Origin: Marsupella aquatica
Lineage: Eukaryota > Plantae > Marchantiophyta
NCBI GenBank assembly: GCA_973895155.1
Contig: OZ316899.1
Location: forward strand, 3,617,455-3,681,454
Length of the DNA: 64,000 bases
Direction of reading: 5' to 3'
Part shown: piece by piece, positions 58,701 through 64,000 of the stretch
Layout: every line of letters starts with the position of its first letter
Position numbering within the stretch: the stretch's first letter is position 1
Notes under the pieces: generated by a model
Database searches by the model: none
Told to the model about the DNA's origin: nothing
Seen by the model: only the letters and a program-made list of their open reading frames with translations
Program-made: the position numbers and the translations under genes

Positions 58701-61700
58701 TCATAGAATTTGCAATGGTTGCTTCTGCAAAGTTTGCTTTGCATGGTGAGACTTCTGGAGGGACTGGCCTGCTAAAATTATGGCTTGCAAAACTAGGCCC
58801 TCTTGCCCACGATAAAAACCCAAAGTTGAAGGAAGCAGCTGTCACAGGGATCATATCTGTGTACTCCCATTTTGACTCGACAATTGTTCTAAATTTCATC
58901 CTAGGGCTATCAATTGAAGAACAAAGCCTGCTTCGGCGGTCACTGAAGCAGTACACTCCACGTATTGAAGTTGATCTTATGACATACATACAAAACAAGA
59001 GTCAGCGAGCGAGGTCCAAATTTGTCCATGATCATTCAGATTCTACCTCAGCCATCCCAGGGATTTTTGCAGAGAATATGAAAAGTGGTTATTCTAACCT
59101 CACAGGTTACGAGTCTTTATTAAATTGCAGTTCAAGTTCCATAAACTGTGATGGTAGCAGGAAGTGGGAAAGCACACAACCTGATTCTACATTCACTGGA
59201 GATCGATTGCCTCCGCAAACAGCTGCAAGAGAGCTCATCGTGGAGACCTTTCAGAGTTGCGGAACCTCAGAAACCACAAAGGAGATCTCCGTTCATTTCA
59301 ACTCAGAATCTTTGCAGTCTAGGGGGATGAAGGAGGTGATGAACGAAGTCGAGGGCGTTGATCCCAGAGCTGACATATCATTAGTACGAGTAAAGGCGGC
59401 AGAAGATTATCAGTGTACCCTTGATTCAAGAATTGAATGCAGGAAGTGTCCCTCAGTTGAGTCTGTGGAACTCCTCAACTCTGATGAAAGGGTCATTCCT
59501 GAGGCATTTCATGGAGCAATTCGAGTAACTGAGCTGCAGTCAGAAACGCAAGTCAATCATGATGTCAAATTTATCAAGAAGGTCAACATTAAATCTCATT
59601 CACAAGAATCTCTCTCGTCTGTCCCTGAGCTTCTCCAGCAGGTACCAGTTTGTTTAGTGAACATGGACACTTCATGGTTGATTGGCATGTCAAAGAAGAA
59701 TGGAGTTCCATGCTTTAATGTGTATGACATTGCTTTTGAAGTTTACATTTTCTCCCCTTCCTGATAGCAGGACTGCGACATGGTTATTCTGCAGATAACA
59801 AGTTGGAGTAGTGTGAAGCCAACAAAGAACAAATACGAGACTCTTCTGCAGCTCATTTTGTCAAGAGTAAATGATCCTGCAGCATGGTGTGAGGTTGGTT
59901 TCCTTCACAAGATGTGAGCTGATGATTGTGGTAAAGTGTCAATTTGGTCGCGTCAATCTCCCTCCCTCAGTAAAGTCTCCTTCTGTGTACGTGACGAGGC
60001 ATACAGTACGGTATGGGTCTGATAAACATTTTGTTAAACACAATTTCTTACTTTCAACTGATGGTCTATTCAAGGCATGATGTAATTGTCATGTGCAGTA
60101 CTTCAACCAAATTTTAATGGTTATTCTTGAATCCATGGATGACACCGATATTGCAGTTAAAGAGCTTGCTCTGTCTGCTACCTTCGATATATTGAGCAAC
60201 CAGGTGGTCTTCTGACTTATGGATCCGTTAATCCATGGCTGCGTGTCTGCAAGTTGTAACTTGATGGTGGCAGTATGCATCTCTGAACACGGTCAACTCG
60301 TTTCTGACTTTCATGATATAGTGGCTTGGGGCTTCGAAGCTCTGTCGGATCTGAAGCGGAAATTATATATCTATTAAAAAGTACCGGTATAAATCCATGT
60401 GTCAAAAGCATTTCCTTGAAACAAACAAACCCGGCCCGTTCTCGGAACTGGAAAAAAGGTGGAGCCAAAGGCCTTATGTATATGAACGATTCTTGTAGAA
60501 ACCAAGACTGGACGAATCTACTGGGGTTTTGCTGGAGAAGCTCCTCCAAACAGCCATGGATCCAGATCCGAAGGTACATGAAAGGGGTTCATTGCTGGTG
60601 CTGAAATTTGTCAACAGATGTGTATAGGAAATATCTGTAGTTTGTCTAGTGGGATAGCATTGGGCTGGTTTGCATTTATGTACTCGCGTGTTGGACAAAA
60701 ATGAGTAATCACGAGAAGTTTACGCACTGGCCTTTGTTTCCAAATTCCCTATCTACCATCGAGCTATTGAATACGAGTTAATCAGCCCACGGTGTTGGAT
60801 GATTTACTTTCCAATCTTACTCTTTCGATGGTATGTAATAGTGAACTGCAGATTTTTCTGCTGGACTAACTTTTGGGGGTCATATCTTACAGATTTCCAC
60901 TGCTGCAGATCGTTGCAGAACTGTCATGTTGACGGAATTTGATCCCCATCGCTGCCTTTCGGTGTGTCTTGGAGCTGTCTAAAGGATAGTAGTTGTGTTG
61001 CGGCAGAACATATAGGCTTTTGCTCTAGGATGCGGAATATGGGAACTTTGAGCGATGTAGAACTAAGTTCGAGTTAGTTCTGTGTGAGTTGGTAATTATG
61101 AATGTAATCGAGCATTACTGACAGTGGTAACCTGTGATCAAGACTGGACCCAGAAGCGTAGGTAGACTTTATTTCGAAGTTTTGTAAACAATTACTTTGG
61201 GTTCATGTCAGCAATAGTTGGAATCTTGAACCGGGGCCCTTCGCCTGAGCTCGTTCCATTCGATTTTCGTCGTTGTATTAAGGTCGAAATTTTACCGTAC
61301 AGTATTTTCTTGCAGGTTTTGATACGGCAGTTAGTCTCTGATGATGAAAAGTCACTGATCACATGTATCGGCTCTTTGACTATGGTAACATGAATGTCAG
61401 TTTTTGTTTTTGACGTTGTTAGGATTCTTCTCTCACAAGAATGTCAACACCTTGGAGGCATTCACCCATTAGATGGCTATCATTTAATTTCTGGAGATGG
61501 GATTTAATTTCTGGAGATGGGAGGCATTCACCCATTAGATGGCAATGTCCTGCGTTGCAGTGGTTGCACTTGTTAAAAAGATGGGATGACTCTCCTTTAC
61601 TTCTCTGAGATTTTCGTGGACACTGCTGATAATTGCAAAAAACTATAGTGACTAATCTCTTCAGCTCGTAAGTTCGTAGTGGTTTGACAGTGCAGAGCCA

Positions 61701-62828
61701 TACTTGAATGGGCTACTGTGGTGTTACTTATCCCGGATGGTGTCTATGTGCAGCTGGTGAGTCGTCTTGCACCTGAGAAACTCCTCGCTCAGCTACCTAC
61801 CTTCCTCCCTGCTTTATTCGACGCATTTGGCAATCAAAATGCAGATGTGCGCAAGGTATACCGTTGTTAACTCCCATCAGAGTTACTGTCAATGATCGTT
61901 CTTGCGTAAGTAGGGTTCTACTGCCTTTTTGCACCAAATCATCTGACGTGAGCTAAAGAAGGCTTGACTTCTACGCAGGAAGCCCTTAAGCCAGTTCATT
62001 CAGGCATCGAGCCACTTGAGGGACTGTAGTACAGATGTTATTCACTTGATTCAATGTTTAAGCAGCGATTGACCATTTGCTCACGTTTTCGCTGAATTCT
62101 TGGGCCTAATCATTCAGCGATGACTGCGAATCAAGCGCTTGCAGTGTTTTTAAGCTCCTAGATTTTCCAGCTCTACATTGGCTAAACTGACGTATTCCGT
62201 TGAAGTCACAAACTTTTTCCGATCCTCCTTTTTTCGTTTAGATTTTGTTGCGGAGCGTCGTCTCAACGTGCCCCCGATTTGTATGATCGCTTTCTAACGT
62301 CTTTACAAAATAATTGAGTTAGCACACAAGAATATTCTTAACTTCTTGATGTGTCCATTGAACCTCAGACAGTTGTGTTCTGCTTAGTCGACATCTACAT
62401 TGTGCTCGGCGAGGCATTCGTGCCATATCTTGGTAGCCTTAGTAGTACACAACTTCGGCTTGTCACAATATATGCCACGAGAATCTCCCAGGTATGTCCT
62501 GAGTATTTTTTCATTTTGCTCTTCCACCTAAAGTGCCTTCCAACAACCCCGTATAGACACTCTCGTCAAATGCTACAACGATAAGAACAAAGGAATACTC
62601 TTGGGGAGTATGAGTAGGTTCAAAAGATTATAATATTTGAAATGAGAATGGGTACTGCAACTTCTTTGTAGGTCGATTTGCGGTTTTTCCTCCATTCCAA
62701 GAAAAAGATTTATGGTTTGTGATTCCTTGAATATGTACACCGACCTCAGGTGATGATCGTGTGCGAGTAACACAATCTCCATTCTGCAGGCAAGAACGGG
62801 CACATCTTTGGAATCAAGAAACTTGTAA
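49795..62828 (+). CDS. CLASP: CLIP-associated protein (CLASP), TOG/HEAT-repeat microtubule regulator; 22 exons
   Basis: Starts MEDAIEQIQTKDTKERMAGVERL; internal LSDRRSSIVKQAC, LFKLVVITVLVIA, LDDPHHKVAHAALSTL; ends FGNQNADVRK|TVVFCLVDIY...RLVTIYATRISQ|ARTGTSLESRNL*. Exons inferred with GT-AG borders: 49795-50127, 50848-51003, 51670-51732, 51964-52032, 52357-52561, 52913-53074, 55007-55104, 55304-55378, 55903-55971, 56141-56226, 56331-56449, 56717-56815, 57041-57491, 57678-59641, 59795-59893, 60099-60203, 60499-60573, 60893-60961, 61316-61384, 61754-61855, 62369-62491, 62790-62828. Confidence 0.95.
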
Positions 62829-64000
62829 CCAACTCCAGTTGCTGATCTGATCTAATGTTGAATTCGTTTACTTGTGGTTTCTCTGCGAGCCAGAGGCTTC
62901 ATATGTTCACCTTCTTATTATGGATGCAAAGGTTCAAATTGTTATCTTCGAGGATAATCTCGGTCTAGAATGCAATTACAATTATGTAAGAAACTGAATA
63001 GGAAGAACAGAGGATAGACATGAAAAAGTGGCACTTTGGTTATGACAGATTTGCAAATTTTTGAATCTATATTGTGGGAATCAGTTTGCACTTTTAAGTA
63101 CTTGCACACCTTCCTCTTATGGAGACCTCCATGTTATAATAGTCAGGACTCTCTCTTCTGGAGTCTGGCTATAGATCATATTCTTTTCAGTCGCTCTTTT
63201 ATCGAGTCCAGATTATGAAATCTTTTCCACCGTTGAAATGCATATGGTTGAATGCAAGTTGAGGACCTTCTCAGACAACCTGACTTGCTACTAGGCCGTT
63301 TTATCAGGAATGATCCTTTGGAATGTGGACTTGCTCGATCCTTGTAAAAAGTACGGAAACCTATTTTCAAAACTTAGTGTATGACACGATAGGTCGCACT
63401 TGGTCGCACTTGAACCCTTGATCACAAGGACTGAGGACTGAGGTGGAGTATTCAGCAGTCGAGATGGTGCCAGAACCATTAGGAACTTGCCAAATATCGT
63501 GCTTCATTATTGCCTCGCATTTTTGAAGGCTGTCTAGTGGACGGGCCGAGTACAGTACGGGAGCATTTGTAAGATTATGGTCTTACTTCAGCATTGTTGA
63601 CCTTCTTGGTTTCGATGAGAACCTGTTTACCAAGTTTGAGCTCACTACAAGCTGTTCAGACGCAGGAGGTATTTGTGTTAGGTAAGCCCCAGTTTATGGT
63701 TTCCATGAAATGCTGTTGGGGGTTGTAGCATGCGAGCAAACAGGAAAATTTTATAGTGAGAACAGGTCTAGCACTCAAGTCACATCCCTTCATGAAATCA
63801 CTACATTTGGGGAAGTTCTTGGATACCCTGGTTCTATAGCCAGGTTGCTAGCCTTTGGCAAGAATATGGCAAATGTTGTCCAAACACTCTGAACATGCAA
63901 CAGTGATGTAATCAACATTAAGCCAGCGAGCTAAACCCTGTTTTATTTCAATTATAAAAATCTCTAGAACATTTGTCAGGATTTCTTAAAAGTCCAAGCT

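Noticed and set aside
63176-63892. 3' exons of a neighbouring minus-strand gene
   Set aside because: Only short ORFs with no recognisable motif; this cannot be supported within the window.
1-64000. rRNA, tRNA or other structured ncRNA genes; prokaryotic contamination
   Set aside because: No such genes were recognised. The ParB/MTase-like sequences are interleaved with spliceosomal introns, plant TEs and a plant CLASP gene, so they are not a bacterial contig.

Overview
Land-plant nuclear DNA; the lineage cannot be fixed from the sequence alone. Bases ~1-49,200 are a dense nest of transposons and 49,795-62,828 is an apparently intact 22-exon CLASP gene. The nest contains a large CACTA (En/Spm) element whose right TIR ends at 30,918 and whose left end lies outside the window, beyond a Gypsy insertion at 1-2,845. 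This outer element carries two divergent tandem cassettes of unusual cargo. Cassette 1 is a beta-class N6A/N4C DNA-methyltransferase-like domain, an acidic linker, a Ulp1 SUMO protease and an FCP1/NIF-like HAD phosphatase with a C-terminal Cys/His motif. Cassette 2 is a ParB-like N-terminal domain, a paralogous methyltransferase-like domain, an acidic linker and a second FCP1-like phosphatase. A second, complete 10,137-bp CACTA (12,117-22,253; matching TIRs, CAA TSD) is inserted in the second phosphatase exon. It carries TnpA-like and TnpD-like genes, a telomere-like G-rich tract and a SET-domain exon that could be an alternative terminal exon of the transposase gene. Further right are Gypsy remnants, a Stowaway-like MITE, an old Bianca-like Copia and a young Tnt1-like Copia nested in it (295-bp LTRs, one mismatch seen, AACAA TSD). 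Nearly all TE reading frames are broken by stops of the C-to-T type. All domain calls are motif recognition by eye; no database searches were run.
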